Assembly: GCA_053919585.1 (NCBI GenBank)
Contig: CM132783.1
DNA length: 64,000 bases
DNA from: Euprymna scolopes
Taxonomy: Eukaryota
Direction: 5' to 3' (one strand)
Positions 38,901 through 52,329 of this stretch are shown here, one piece after another (positions within the stretch are counted from its first letter, which is position 1; each line of letters begins with the position of its first letter). The translations under genes were made by a program, and so were the position numbers. The notes beneath the pieces were generated by a model. It did not search any database. It saw nothing but the letters and a program-made list of their open reading frames with translations, and was not told the origin of the DNA.

Positions 38901-39699
38901 CTCAGAGCTTGACAAACTATAGGGTGTTTTACTGTTGTTTGCTGCTAGGCGTTAGTAATGTATGTTTCATCTTCCATTATCGCTACATTCCTCGGAGCCT
39001 ATCAGTGAGAGGTGTAAGAGTAAGCCCCTTTCATTCTAATATCCCAGGTATACAATGAAGCTATTCTCTCACTTGCATACTGCTAAAAATATTTCAGGTT
39101 TCTCTTTGTCTTCCTGACCCATTTCGAATGAAACGTCCGTTTTAGTCCCTTAATGTAGCAACTTCTCCATATTAATAGAGTCATCCTTGCTACACCTTAA
39201 TTATATTTAATCATGCTCTATCTCTTGTTTGTGATTAAGAATCAGATTATTTTCAGTAATGAATGATGGTTTATGTTGTCTGACGGTTGGTTGCATGTAA
39301 GCATGTATTAAGTCTTGACCTTAGTACCCGATTGATCGGATCAGACCTTTCGACCGGCTCCTCTAGCCATATTTATGGTCAAATTAGTGTGTTGGGAAAT
39401 AGGGGTGCTAAACGCTGACTTCCAAGTCATTCAACTGCCAGGATCCGGTTCTAATGCACCAGAAGTCGCCAGCCACGGCCAACAGGTGGTTCAATTTAGC
39501 AAATTTTACCTTTTACAGCTCATGAAGTCGGTGTATTCTAATGGTTCATCAACCGGACAACAGTAAAGAAGGGGAAACATAGGATGGACAGGATAGAAAA
39601 AAGTGAAACAAGTTTTTGTTTCTTGTTTGCAGAACATGATTGAGTTTTGCAAAGTAGAAGGAGAAAAACAATAAAATTTATGTACTGTGTATTTTAATC

Positions 39700-40480
39700 A
39701 GAAATCCGCCCATATTTTAGAGAAGTTGATCTGGTAATACCAGTGTCTATTTTCGTGTTTATAATTTTACTTTTATTGCTTCTACTAATAAAATCAGTAA
39801 ACTCAATGTTAACTTATTCCTTAACATTTTTCATATATTTACTACTAAGACCTGTTCACACGTTTAAAGATTTCTTTTCAAACATAGATGTCAGCAACAC
39901 ATGACGCAAACATCCTCATGGAATAAAATAATTCTCAACACGTATTCGCTTTCCTTACAGGTAAACTCACAAGCTATTTTACCAGGATAGGAGGGGAAAA
40001 CAAATCCCAATGGACTTATTGGGCAAAAGATACGTCGGTTCGTAGAATAAGAAATACATAAGAAAATTTTACTTGGAATAAAGAAAAAATAAACGTATGT
40101 TTGTTTCTCAAACTCTTTTCTTCTTTGTGATTCTGTTGTAAATAGCTATATTTGTTATGTATATAAACAAATATGAGTGAATCGTGCAGGTAAAAATTGT
40201 AAAAGTTCTGGGAGAGTTTAAATGTACTATCGTCTTCATAGTACATGAATTGCGCATATTTAAAGATATTAATTATTTCTAGTGCATAACGTTCATACTT
40301 TACATGATTGTCCGCATTAATTGATTGTAAATCTCTGTTTGGCCAGATTGTTTCATACTTCTTCAAACGTTCAGAATAAACTATCAGCTACCGACTTCGA
40401 TTTTTCCATATATATGGTTGCTAATGTACCGCGCCTTTCCATTGCATTTCTTCTGTATGAAAGTATACCCATAATTTGCT
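39700..40480 (-). mobile_element. Mutator (MULE) transposase relic
   Basis: ORF 40016-40366 has DSTFKLSQNFYNFY (like DGTFK..P..FYQLY) and YLQQN.KEE; downstream VFP...ACEF (like FP...GCxFH). Confidence 0.6.
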
Positions 40481-40560
40481 ATGATTGTGTTTTAAACGAA
40501 TACTCAGGAATAACCGTTAGTATATTTCTAATCAGCTGTTATGTACCTATTTTTTATTTA

Positions 40561-40677
40561 ATTATTTGGACTAATATCCGCATTTTCCAATTGTAGTTTT
40601 CACGAAGGCAAGAGAAGTAATTAGCAGAAACGTCGTGAAAACAACAACTAGTAGATGTGGATAATAGTCCAAATAAT
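40561..40677. repeat. Imperfect 45-bp inverted duplication enclosing the 3' half of a PLE-type hammerhead
   Basis: attatttggactaatatccgcattttccaattgtagttttcacga / tcgtgaaaacaacaactagtagatgtggataatagtccaaataat; gaaggc...gca-GAAACGTC lies between and into the arms. Confidence 0.7.
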
Positions 40678-41049
40678 AAAACACACAATATGTGTACAAC
40701 TTACTTATCTTCCACATTCTTTCAAATTAATTCGATAATATAACAATCGGTATGGACTAGACCAGTCAAAGAATAAAAAATATAAAAATATTGATTTTAA
40801 GGATAACAATATCCAACGATGATTGCACTTCGAGCCCCGTAGCGCAGTGGATAAAGATGCGGGTAACTCACGAATCCAGTTGCGCATTGTCTGGTGGTAG
40901 CAGATGTAAACTGTTCCAAAGCTGGTCTGAGGATTAGTATAAATAAACTGTGGTGAGCGAATAACGGCTATTGAAGGCAGTAATTGATGTAGATATAGGT
41001 CCAGTAGAGGAATAATTCGTGAAAAAAAACCCAACTATATAAAAATAAC

Positions 41050-43640
41050 ACAATGTCCAAAATAATTCCAAATTAATTTAATGACATGTTTTGTACTTGC
41101 AAAATTGTGGGTGTTCAAAAGGCGTTTGTCAGCGTAATCCCCAGTGCACTCTCTTCTCGATTTCATATTTTCTGTTTTATATTATTTGGTGCTAGTTTGC
41201 TGCATTCGATTATTATGTCATTTATTGCATATTTTGTTTTGTTTACAGAATCAACATTTGTTTTTGTCTTTATCTTGTCAATCTAGATGTGACTGGAGTT
41301 AATTGTGTCATTTTCTACGAGTTTTTTTTTAATTATGTGTCTTTATTTATTTTTTTTGTTTTTGTTGCCATATCAAATTTTTCTGGTTAGTGTCATTTTT
41401 GTACCCTATAAATAGATCGATCATTCAGCTGTTTCTCTTGCCATTTTTGTTTTCTCGTCTTATCCCTCGTGTCCTCTATTTCTGTAGAATTAGTTTCTTT
41501 TTGTCAGTGTCTGGGGTTGTGTTAATTTTTGTCAGTGGTATGCATTATATATTTTCTAATTATTTTCTTGGGTTATTTGCATAGTCTTCTATCTTGTTCC
41601 ACATATTAACGACCACTGTCATCTTTTGTGTGTAGTTCAATGTGTATAATCATGAATTTCGAGACTTTCCGGTCGAGATATACACGTTGTTCTTTTGCCT
41701 AACCTATAAACAGTCCAGAGTACCTTACTAATGATAATAGGTATGTGTTTGTACCTGTACTTAGACTTGTATCATATAGCTTTTTTTCTGTGCTGGGTTA
41801 TTTTCCTCTACTTCTCTATTACGTTTCTCTGGTTTTGATGATATCTAATTCCAGAACTCTCCAACATTTGTAGTTATAATGTCCACATAGTGCCCTCGTC
41901 TCGGTTTGGTTGGGTAGTACCTTAGTCTCGGTTGACTTCAGTTTTCTCCAATTCTCATTATCAACACTGCGCACTTTTCCAGCCGCATCCCTTTCGGAGA
42001 TCCTGAATAAGATTTAGTGTGTATTGATTTAGATCGCGTATTCATTTTTTTTTTTGCTAACACATTGAAGTCATCCTGGCTCTTTATTACATTTTCATTA
42101 GTAGACTTGTATCCAATTGCTCATGTCCTTATTATAGTTTTATTATGGCATTATTGTAGTGGCGATAAGAAATAACCTTCGGTTACCTTCCTTTAATTGA
42201 ATCTCACTTGTAAGTTCAAGTTTTATATTCTCCTGGCATTTTCTACCAAAATTATAATTTTGCCTATTAGTGTGTACATTTTAAGCATGCTATTATACAT
42301 GCTGAGAAAATCTGTAATGCTCTATTTTGTAGTAGATTCATGTTATAGTTAATTTTTTTCTTTCTGTTTTTTTTTACCGCTCTTCATGCTTCTATTTTTA
42401 TATTAATAATAGGTCTTGTGGCCCTTTTTTCCCTTTTCGGAATCCTTTCTGTTCTTCGGGAAGTAGTCTCCGATTAAGGGACGGATACTGAATTTGTTCT
42501 CCTTGTTGGTTTTGGCAATACATTCTGACATGTGTGGTTCGTTAATAGCTATTGCATGTAGTGTTGTAAATTCTGTAAACAAATATGTATGCGTTCCACC
42601 GTGATCTGGGGCTCTCAAGAGTGGCATTTTTTGCAAGGTAACATATAGGTTCCTTTGCGTTTTCATTAGTCGATTTACTTTGACTCGTTTTTTTTTCAGA
42701 TCTTTAAGCCACTCATTATTTCTATAATGATACTGTTAGTTTATTCCAGTGGCTTTTTGTTCTTATCCTGTTTGGTTTATATGTTCGTGTGTTTCCGTTC
42801 TCGTTACGATAGAACTGGATTTAATTATTGTGGAAGTCATGTTTTGTTTGCACCGTTAAGGTGTGTACTTGTATCGTCATAATAATCCTGTTGCTGCTAT
42901 TTTTGATTCAATTCTTCCTGTTTCTTGTAAATCCTTCCTGTGCTAATAACATTTCTATTCTTAATTTTAACTTCTAATCGCATTATTCTTGTTTATTTGT
43001 TTTATTTCGTTTTTTAAGTTTCCTGAACTAAGTTTTAGGCCTTTATTTTCGATCATGTTTAGTCGCTGTATTTAATTTCCTCTGGCTTTTTTCTACTTTA
43101 AACTGGAAACTTACGGACTTAGTACTATCGCAAATTAAATTGTTTAAATTTGTTATGTCTGTTGCGGTGTGTGGGGGGCATCTTATTTACTTTACCTGCT
43201 TTCACTTTTACTTTTTCCACTTTATTTACAGGATGGGAGCTTGCATTTTTTTTCGTATTCGTTCATAAGTTGTATGACGTGTTCTAATCCAGGTGCGTAA
43301 TTCTTATCAACTGCCGTTTTTTCATAGATATTCGTTTTCATATTGTTTAGCTGAGTCTTGCAGGCCTCCTACATCTTTATGTCTGGGATGCCAGTCAAAG
43401 GTGTTTTTTTTTGTATGCTCCATTATTTGTATGTTGTTGTATTTTTAGTTTCTGGTATGTTTGTTCTTTGATGTGATTCTCTATTAGTATTTCTTTACCA
43501 ATCTATACTCTTCTGCTTTCTAGTTCTCTCTTTTGCGTTTTACTTCTATGTTAGTTAATTTATTTCTCTTGCGTTTAATCTGTATAATTTTCGTGCCTTG
43601 AATAAAAGGTAAAACTTGCCTCGTCTCTTTCTGTCATATG
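41050..43640 (-). mobile_element. R4/Dong-type non-LTR retrotransposon RT region, decayed
   Basis: KMP..RAPDHGG.H.Y.F.EFT.LH, LLPEEQKGFRKG..G.QDLL, DD motif near 42075, GMRLEKCAVL.M, VLELDII, YSGLFI, DRKSR, LH.KDD..R.YV. Confidence 0.8.
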
Positions 43641-44327
43641 TTTGTTTCTGAAATCAGAAGAGCATCCAACATTCGCATGATGACGACTGAGTCATCCATA
43701 CCTGCTCCCTACCGTACACGACATAATGATCTTTTTCTGGGTCCGACGTTGCGTATAATTCATTTTATGCATAGTTCATTTTCGCTGTGTGCGGTTACAC
43801 TAATCCCATATAAGTTTAATCTGCGGTTCTATCAAAACTCACGTAAACTAGAGTCATTGTTCACTAATCACACGTACATAAAAAATCACAGATACAAAAT
43901 CATAAGTATATGTACTTAGTATAATTTTTGAAGAGCCCTTTTAAAGGATGGTGATTGTATGCCCCCTCGTAATAGAATAACAACTTTTAAATTATTTCAC
44001 AAGTATTTTATATTAGCGATTACTTGATAATAGAAGAATATATATCCAAGTAAACATATTCAGTGAAAATAAACAACCAAAAACATCCTGAAGAGTCGTT
44101 TAAGGACGGGTGTGTTTGTTCACTTTATAATGCCTGCACATCATGGTTCATAACTTTTTTTTTATAAGAATCACCGTCCTATATAGTAGGTAGCACTTAA
44201 TTAAATTGAACAGGAAAATTAGAGGACGGGGGTAGGTTAACAGTTTTATTGATAACATTGTTTTTATTATCAGTCAGAATGCGATGTAAAAACCCACAGT
44301 AATAGCACCAAATGCAGCTATTAATAG

Positions 44328-44374
<47 letters not shown>

Positions 44375-44386
<12 letters not shown>

Positions 44387-44580
44387 AAAATTGGCTGTGT
44401 GGCTGTTAGTGTGTGTGTAGATTTTCTTACCAAATTGCCCTGTCAAATTTCAGTCTACAACACACCGGGATTTTACATAATGTGTATTGAGATTTGGGAA
44501 AAAGATTTTTGACGTCTTCCGGCCAACATTTGGCTGTCAAGCGGTCAAAGTTCAACGATTCAACTCTACTAAACTCCTTC
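44375..44580 (+). mobile_element. 5' part of the non-autonomous Helitron-like family
   Basis: Reverse complement matches 15085-15310 and 58365-58580 (gagttt.gtagagtt, aatcgttgaactttgacc, gtagactgaaa.ttgacag). Confidence 0.6.
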
Positions 44581-44584
44581 CTAA

Positions 44585-44615
<31 letters not shown>

Positions 44616-44853
44616 AATCGGAAGATATACATAATCAATACATGTGCCCAATACAAAGTATATAATTTCTAACAGTTCGATTACTGAAACATTTTTATAA
44701 TTAATTTGTCTATTCTCAATATGAAGTGTCAAGCCAACCGGTGGGAAATGCTCATAGGCAAGATATAAAAAAATTAAACATGCTGCTGTTTACGACCCAT
44801 ATCTTATGTATTGATATTGGCTGATTTCCTTAACGGCTGTTATTTTGGCCATC

Positions 44854-44915
<62 letters not shown>

Positions 44916-45149
44916 ATTATATTATATTCTATTTTGTGATTCAAAACACCGTGATGCCATCTGTTTGATATATATATATATATATGATTCAATACCTGAT
45001 TTTGCTGAACAAATTCAAACATTGATATAGCAGTTGAATTGTCGCAACAAATACGAAGTGTAAGGCGCTACCATTGTTTGGTAATTTATTGCTCAATGTG
45101 GCGACCATTTTTTGTAATTCTGATCATCCTTATCTGAACTCCAGTCTTT

Positions 45150-47000
45150 GGCTTCTACATTTTATATTGAAGGAGGAGGAGTCGTTCTCTTGTTCTCGTG
45201 TTTAAAAGAAAGATTTAGGAACACATTTTGAACATTTAACATGGGTGATGGATTCTGAGTTTGAAAATGTCACAATCATTTCTGGTCGATCATGCCTTAC
45301 TCTTCTAGCATCCCAATTTTCAAAATTATTTAATGTAAATTACATGCCGTTGTGATAAAATATTATTCTATTACATCATATTTAACAAATATCATTGCGT
45401 TTGGACAATTCCTGCGTATATATAGATAGTCAGTAATATAGATTTCAGAAAACACAATTGCACGACCAACTAGAATTTGATCTTCATCACCAGTAATTTA
45501 ACTTAAAACCCAGAGATTTCGATATTATATTCTCAAAATTGTTATGTTTTTAGTCTCAATTTTACAGCATTAATTTACCAAGAATTTCCAAAATAATGAT
45601 TACTTTGCACATAATATTGAGAGAGAAAAATTGCAAATGTCGTGATTTTGCATTTTTATTTTAATTATTGCTTCATATTCAAAAATAAAAGATACAGAAA
45701 GTAAATGGCATGGTCTCTGTAACTCTAATTTTTTTCGTATCACTTTTTATGCTAGAAAAAGAATTATATCCTTTATGTGGGCTCTGTTGACATTAAAATT
45801 GATAGGCACGCCTTAGTTGGTGCATTGTATGCCGCATATGGTCTGTCTGGAGGAACTATTTTCAGAAATAATATTTTCTCTGTAATAAGAATGTGTTTGT
45901 TGTGCTTTCTCTTCTACTCCTATTAATGGCTTTATATTATGCTTAATTTTCTTTAATAACACTATATTTTTTTAAACATGAGATTTAACTACATAATGCG
46001 TTGGTCCTGTCCCAACAATGTCTTCATAAGCATAAAAAATATACATGAATATATGTTTCTGTTCTATCATCAGGATGCAGCATTGACCTTAATAAAAATT
46101 GAACTGACATGGGATTCATACAGATGAGTTCCAATTTCTGTTCGCTCCATCTGTATAAGAAAACTAGTTATGAAAAAAGGGTGTAATATCACCTCATTAT
46201 AATCATCTTTCCTCACTATAGAATGTCCAAAAAAGAGTTCATGTAGCACCTGATGCAAAGAGGGAAATTAATGCTGTGTAACTTTTCCGTTCACAACGCA
46301 AAAACACTTTAAAGCTGTTTGCACCACTTCGACAGATTTAAACATTTGTCTCATCGCCTATTTTTGTAAAAGTATTATCATTATAAGATAATGCAGAACG
46401 TTTAGCATTTTAAAACGTGTGTTGTTTTTAATTTAAATTTATATTTCTATCAATAGGCACATGCGGTTGTATTTGCTACCCTAAGTTATTTCCTATTAAA
46501 GTGTGCATAATACAACTACCCTGATTATGTCTATTATGCTCAACGAAGTATTGCGTTCGATCGTTCGGTGATATGGTAAAATTCAGCAATATATTTGTCC
46601 AGATAGTTGTAATTCACTTGGAATTACAAAGTGCATATTAGTGCGATTCTCTCGCCCGATACATTTTCAATAATATCATTCTCCTATTTGATCACCTTTG
46701 CATTTGGAGTGAAAGTCGTTCTTGTCTTTCATACCAATTTTTGCACAGATAAACGAAGTCTAATGAATTGCACATAAAAGAGTGTTCGAATAATTACCCC
46801 TATTTCAGTTGAACTTCATAATTGCTCGAGAAAAGGAACTATCACTTTTTAAAGGCAGAGTAACTGACTTTGTAAGAAAACTGAAATAAATATTGTTGCA
46901 ATGTATGCTAAAAAATGATGTAAATCTGTAAGCACACAATAAAAATGAAGTACTCCTCATTGATTTTTCACTCTTGTAAAGGAACCTGTTTAATATGTAT
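45150..47000 (-). mobile_element. Decayed DNA-transposon ORF, Academ-like
   Basis: Remnants MERT-[frameshift]-NWN (like AERTGNWxLHL), GDEDQILV.RAI (like DADTLIV.TAI), NDCDI (like GCDTTS). Confidence 0.4.
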
Positions 47001-49399
47001 AAAACGGCTGAAAATGTCAACCAATTTGCCGCCATTTTAACACAATTGCTACACATAACCACAATAAATATTGTAAGTAAATTCTACTACTGGCGATCGA
47101 TAAAAAGTATATCTTGATTTCAAAGTCTATTTTTCAAAATGAAATATTTTATTTGACTTCAAAGAAATCAGTAAAAGTATTCTGGCTTAATTGTTCTTAT
47201 CAGTCAAATTAGAAAGCATCATTCGACCAACTTATGAATGTATTTCTGAATAATGACATTATTATTTCAGCAGGCTTTATTTTCCGCATGAGTACACAAT
47301 TAAAATTCATCAATTCCTTCCCTTAAATAAATATTTGTACATTCTGTATTATTTCTCCTTGTTTACTGATCTCTTACTTATATACGGGAATATATATATA
47401 TTCTATAGAAAATTTACTGAAGTATTAAAATAAATCGTTACTCTTTTAATTGCACCGTTATAGATTGGATAAACTATACCCCAATTAATCGTTTTGGAGG
47501 GATTGAATCTTCGTCCATACAGGTAACAGCCTTCCTCCAAGACACGAGATGAATCCAGATGGGCCAACATCGACGGTGCAGGAAGGTATGTCTAAATAAT
47601 ACATGTACCACACGCCATACCCCCACATACACACGCACATACGCATGCACATAACGACACATGAACGAATAGACTGAAAACTAGACGATAACACGATGGA
47701 CCTCCTTATTAGAGACAACACAACAGCACTAGCAAACACTAATAGCTGGAACGGCTAGTAATTATTTTTCCGTTAAGTGAACGCACTTGATATCGACTAA
47801 CAAATATATAAATACATTTTATTTAGTACGTTAAATTAAAAAAAATAAATAAACGAATTTAATAGTAAATCTGTCATAAAATAATTGAAACAATTTGATT
47901 GCTTTAAACAGTAATACACATACATTAGATAATTCCTGTTACACGCAAATCAAGATATTACTTCTGAATGTAAATTTCCTAGAAAAATAGAATATATTAA
48001 CATAATTGAGTACATTTTCCAGAAGTCTCTTCTCGGTACAAAAATTATTTTGCGAAAATGTATACATATTGTTCATATTAATCAAAATGTGAGAAATAAA
48101 GAACTGAGAGGAATACAATATTTGTTTTATAATATTTTCAGTTTTTTTAGTGGATATTCTTTTCAACTACGCATTCATGAATGCATAGATGATGTATTCG
48201 TACACGTTTAGATAATTCAGATTTCTTTCTCGGGAGCATAAGACGCGCCACACATTTAGCTAGCTGTTAGCTTACTACCGAAAGTTGTGTTTGACAACTC
48301 TTCATTAATATCGTTGATATAGAGACAAGGAACGCTACAGATGTCATCTCAATCATGACACCTTGCCTGGGCAGCTGTCTTACATCCTGTCGCCGTGTTG
48401 CCCTGTTAGAACGTTTTCCGCATTAGACAAGCACTTGAGTCCCTGGGACTCCTAGCTATTTAAACAATTGATGAGATTCTTATTTGGAAATGTGTCAGAT
48501 ATATTGACATCTTGCATTGCTGAAATATGTAGATTTTAGATGGAAACTGATAAAGAAAATATTGGGAAAAATGTAGATATTAAAAAAATACATAGAAATA
48601 TTTTTCTGCTATAATACGCATGTTTTCCTTGTTTACTGATCTCTTACTACATCTAATATAACAAAAAACAAAACAAATAGTAGCAAATAATATTTCAGTC
48701 TAGTTTACTTNNNNNNNNNNNNNNNNNNNNNNNNNNNNNNNNNNNNNNNNNNNNNNNNNNNNNNNNNNNNNNNNNNNNNNNNNNNNNNNNNNNNNNNNNN
48801 NNNNNNNNNNNNNNNNNNNNNNNNNNNNNNNNNNNNNNNNNNNNAAAAAGCTAAATATAGGCCATCTAGAAAATATGATATAGAACGGAGGATAAAAAGG
48901 CCAAATACCCTAGTGCTTGGAGGTGATGTTTTGAATATAATAAACCAGTTATGCCAAAGTTTCACTTCATTCTGGAAAAACACTTAGAAATGGGGCCTAA
49001 TTAGAGCTGACGCCGGTTTTNNNNNNNNNNNNNNNNNNNNNNNNNNNNNNNNNNNNNNNNNNNNNNNNNNNNNNNNNNNNNNNNNNNNNNNNNNNNNNNN
49101 NNNNNNNNNNNNNNNNNNNNNNNNNNNNNNNNNNNNNNNNNNNNNNNNNNNNNNNNNNNNNNNNNNNNNNNNNNCTTATTCTCCAATCTGTTGTCTTCTT
49201 TCTTATTCAATTAAAATTATTTTATATACTGCACCGTGTACAAGTTATCCTCTCACATTAATTATCTTACTATGAGTCCTAATACGTTTTAGTTCATTTA
49301 AGTTTCATATACACCTTCTAAAATATACTAACATCGCGCACACTCCCTATTTCATCTAAACCCGCATTTATAACATATTGTTTTGAAGTAGAACACTCC

Positions 49400-50050
49400 A
49401 GGACAGTCTATTTTTATTTTAAAATTATTTGATTATGTTATGTATTCGTCAAGTAATGCCATGTGATATAATTTTCCTGCCAAAGGCTAAAGCTATATCG
49501 AGGGATTGAGCCCTACCATCCTGTGAGTATTCTGGTGAATGATAAATTAGTTCAGAGATGACATTAAATATATCTGCAATGTAAGTCTAGCAGCTATGAG
49601 GTGGAGAACTAAACTTGATTAATTATCGACCTAAATATTTTGGCGGAAAACAGAGAGGCTAATGGGGCTATAAGTTAAGATCTTCTGTCAGCATTCTTGT
49701 GAACTTTACTACAAAAACATTTATTCAGCAGTCATCAAAGCAAGATTCGCTAAGGACAAAGGGATTAATCTCAAAAGAGCATTTTTTAATAGAATATCAG
49801 GGTGAGATCAGATACATTTGCTTTTAAGGTGTATTGCTTTTTTAATAAGGCATGGGTATAAGAAGGTGTAGTTTTCAGACTATTAAGTGTTGTTTGACCT
49901 CGCAGAGAAAAATATCGTAGGGAGTGCTTTTTAGGAGTATGAGGTTTAGGGGTATACTCGCATGTATAATAGCAATTCCTGTTTATTTGGAGGTCAAGCG
50001 TTTCACAGGGGGTAATTTTCAGATACAACGTGAATAGAATTAGTAGCTGT
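49400..50050 (-). mobile_element. LINE (Jockey/I-like) endonuclease fragment
   Basis: Minus strand LSESC (like LSET) and QSLDIALA (APE motif); fragmented. Confidence 0.35.
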
Positions 50051-50499
50051 TATTAGAGAAATCTAAAATTATTATATATATTTAAACTAGGGAATACTAT
50101 ATACGGTATAATGCTAAGTGTCAGATATAATGTTGTTGGGATTGCGTGGAATTTAGTGGATTATGAAATTTAAGCACATATGAAGTGAAAAAAAACGAAC
50201 GAAAGCCGATGAGTATAACTATAGTATGGATTATCGGGTTGGAAGAAGACTTGGTGTGACCTTATGTTTTGTAAGAGTTAATTGAACAGGCAAGTTAATT
50301 GAAAAGGCAATTATTTAAAAAAAAAGAAAGGCGTAAGGGATGTAAAAAGAGGCTAAAGATAAATAAGACGTATATAACATTAGAGTACAAGGTTTTTGCC
50401 ACAATACAGTGTCAAGTAAAAGCTTCATTCAACTTATACACTAAAAATATCGTTAACAATAGGCATTATTATAGGTTATAGTATGAACACGAAAAGTTC

Positions 50500-51090
50500 T
50501 AGAAAAATCCCAAGAAACGTGTAAAATATACATACATTATTGTTTAAAAGTGGTGAGTCACTTTCCATATTAATTAAACGAAAAATAAACACCCGCTTTA
50601 TGCCCATCGCTTTGTGGACGCGTCTGTTATTTTTAGGGGTTGTGTTTATTTTGGAAGTGTGGCTTGGTAGACTAACAAAACACTTACTTTAAAAATATGT
50701 TGTCTATAGGTTTTCGGGTGGGCTGAAAACGAATATTGTCATGTAGATTTTTCGCAAAAAAACTATTTTTCCGGCTAGTAATCAATGTAATCGTTTTGAC
50801 GCTTTAAGCGGTAGTCATTTTCGTACGCGCAAGTGCGCATTGCTTTTGCTTAATACCTTGAAAAATACTGATTTGAGGAAAATTTTAATGCGATATACTT
50901 TTTCAGCGCAGTCTGAAACAATTAGTTCTTAGTGTAGGTCTTGTGTTGGTCTACCAAAGCACGAAAACCACATATACATATAACAAACCCCACAAAAATT
51001 GTGAGTCTAAAGATGGTGCTGATTTAATGTTAAATTAGTATGAAAAATAATCTCACACTTTTTGGAGCAATCACGTTGGGATTTAAACGA
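50500..51090. mobile_element. Fold-back/MITE-like DNA element with long imperfect inverted arms
   Basis: cttggtagactaacaaaacacttac vs gtaggtcttgtgttggtctaccaaag; attgtttaaaagtggtgag...tccatattaatt vs aattagtatgaaa...ctcacactttttggagcaat. Confidence 0.55.
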
Positions 51091-51409
51091 AAATGTCACA
51101 TAACCCACTACACATTTCAGTTCATAAGCTTTCCAATGAACTTTCTATATTTTAAATTCTGATCAGTTGTCTAATTTTTAAATGTGCCCAAATCAGTGGT
51201 CTGCGTAGATATTGATATGTTGGTATTCGTAGCTAACTTGAATATTAAAATGCTAATAGCGTTGGTTCAATTGAACGAATCTTTATGAATATTTGAAGAT
51301 TTGATTACTGTTCTCTTGTTACAATTTTATGCAAAATTGTAAACATAGAACATATATTTAATCCAATAATATATCCCCAAATATATCCACATTTGTATAT
51401 ATTGTGTAC

Positions 51410-51519
51410 CGGTTGGCAGCTTCGCTTTTGCTGCTTCTGTTAGCTCCTTTAAATTTGTCTGTTTTGCTGCTGAGGTAATCTCCCTATATTTCTCGGTTTT
51501 GCTACTCCGGTTGTCTACC
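51410..51519 (-). CDS. Candidate internal host exon (110 nt), product unknown
   Basis: Minus strand ttttgctagttcacAG|...ccaaccg|GTacac; only one frame open (VDNRSSKTEKYREITSAAKQTNLKELTEAAKAKLPT); GC higher than flanks; no TE motif recognised. Confidence 0.35.
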
Positions 51520-52218
51520 CTGTGAACTAGCAAAATATGTAGCTAATTTGCATATTCTTTAAAACATCCATTTTAATAAATGCCCTAATCGATTTTTCTG
51601 TTTTCTCATAGGATAAACATCTGCAGTATATGTGAAAGCCGATATTCTACATTATTTATACTTGCGTAAAAGTATTTGTGTAAAAGGTTTATATGTAACA
51701 AAACACTTTTCTCAATATATATTCATACATCAGAATATTTTTTGTTTAAAACAATTTAACTACCACTATACTGCAAGATCATATGCTTTAACGATAGGAA
51801 CCTTAATATATAAGGCATTTGAACCAATGGAAAACTTTATATTATGTCTTAGCCCAGAAAAATTCATACCCAATTGTGAAAATAAAAAAAAATGAAATAT
51901 TTAATGGCAAGCTCGAATGTTGGCATTAGAAATATGCATGCCTTACGTAGTATCTATTAGTTAATTTTAAAATGGTTAGCCTTGCAACAAACAAATCTGC
52001 ATAGCTCAGTCATTAACGGCAAATGACAAAAATACATCGTAAGCTAAACGTGTTAGTTTTAATTCCCGGTAGTGACACACAAGTCTTTTTTTTTAACTTT
52101 TAAAAATAGTTACTTACATTGGGTGCAAAATATTATAATCAGTAATACGAAATCTCCATTAATGAAAATATCTTATGAAGGGGTACTTAACGACTGGGCA
52201 ATCGTAGTCACCCTGGTA

Positions 52219-52300
<82 letters not shown>

Positions 52301-52329
52301 AGTTATAAAATATTTTCGGCAGGACCGGT

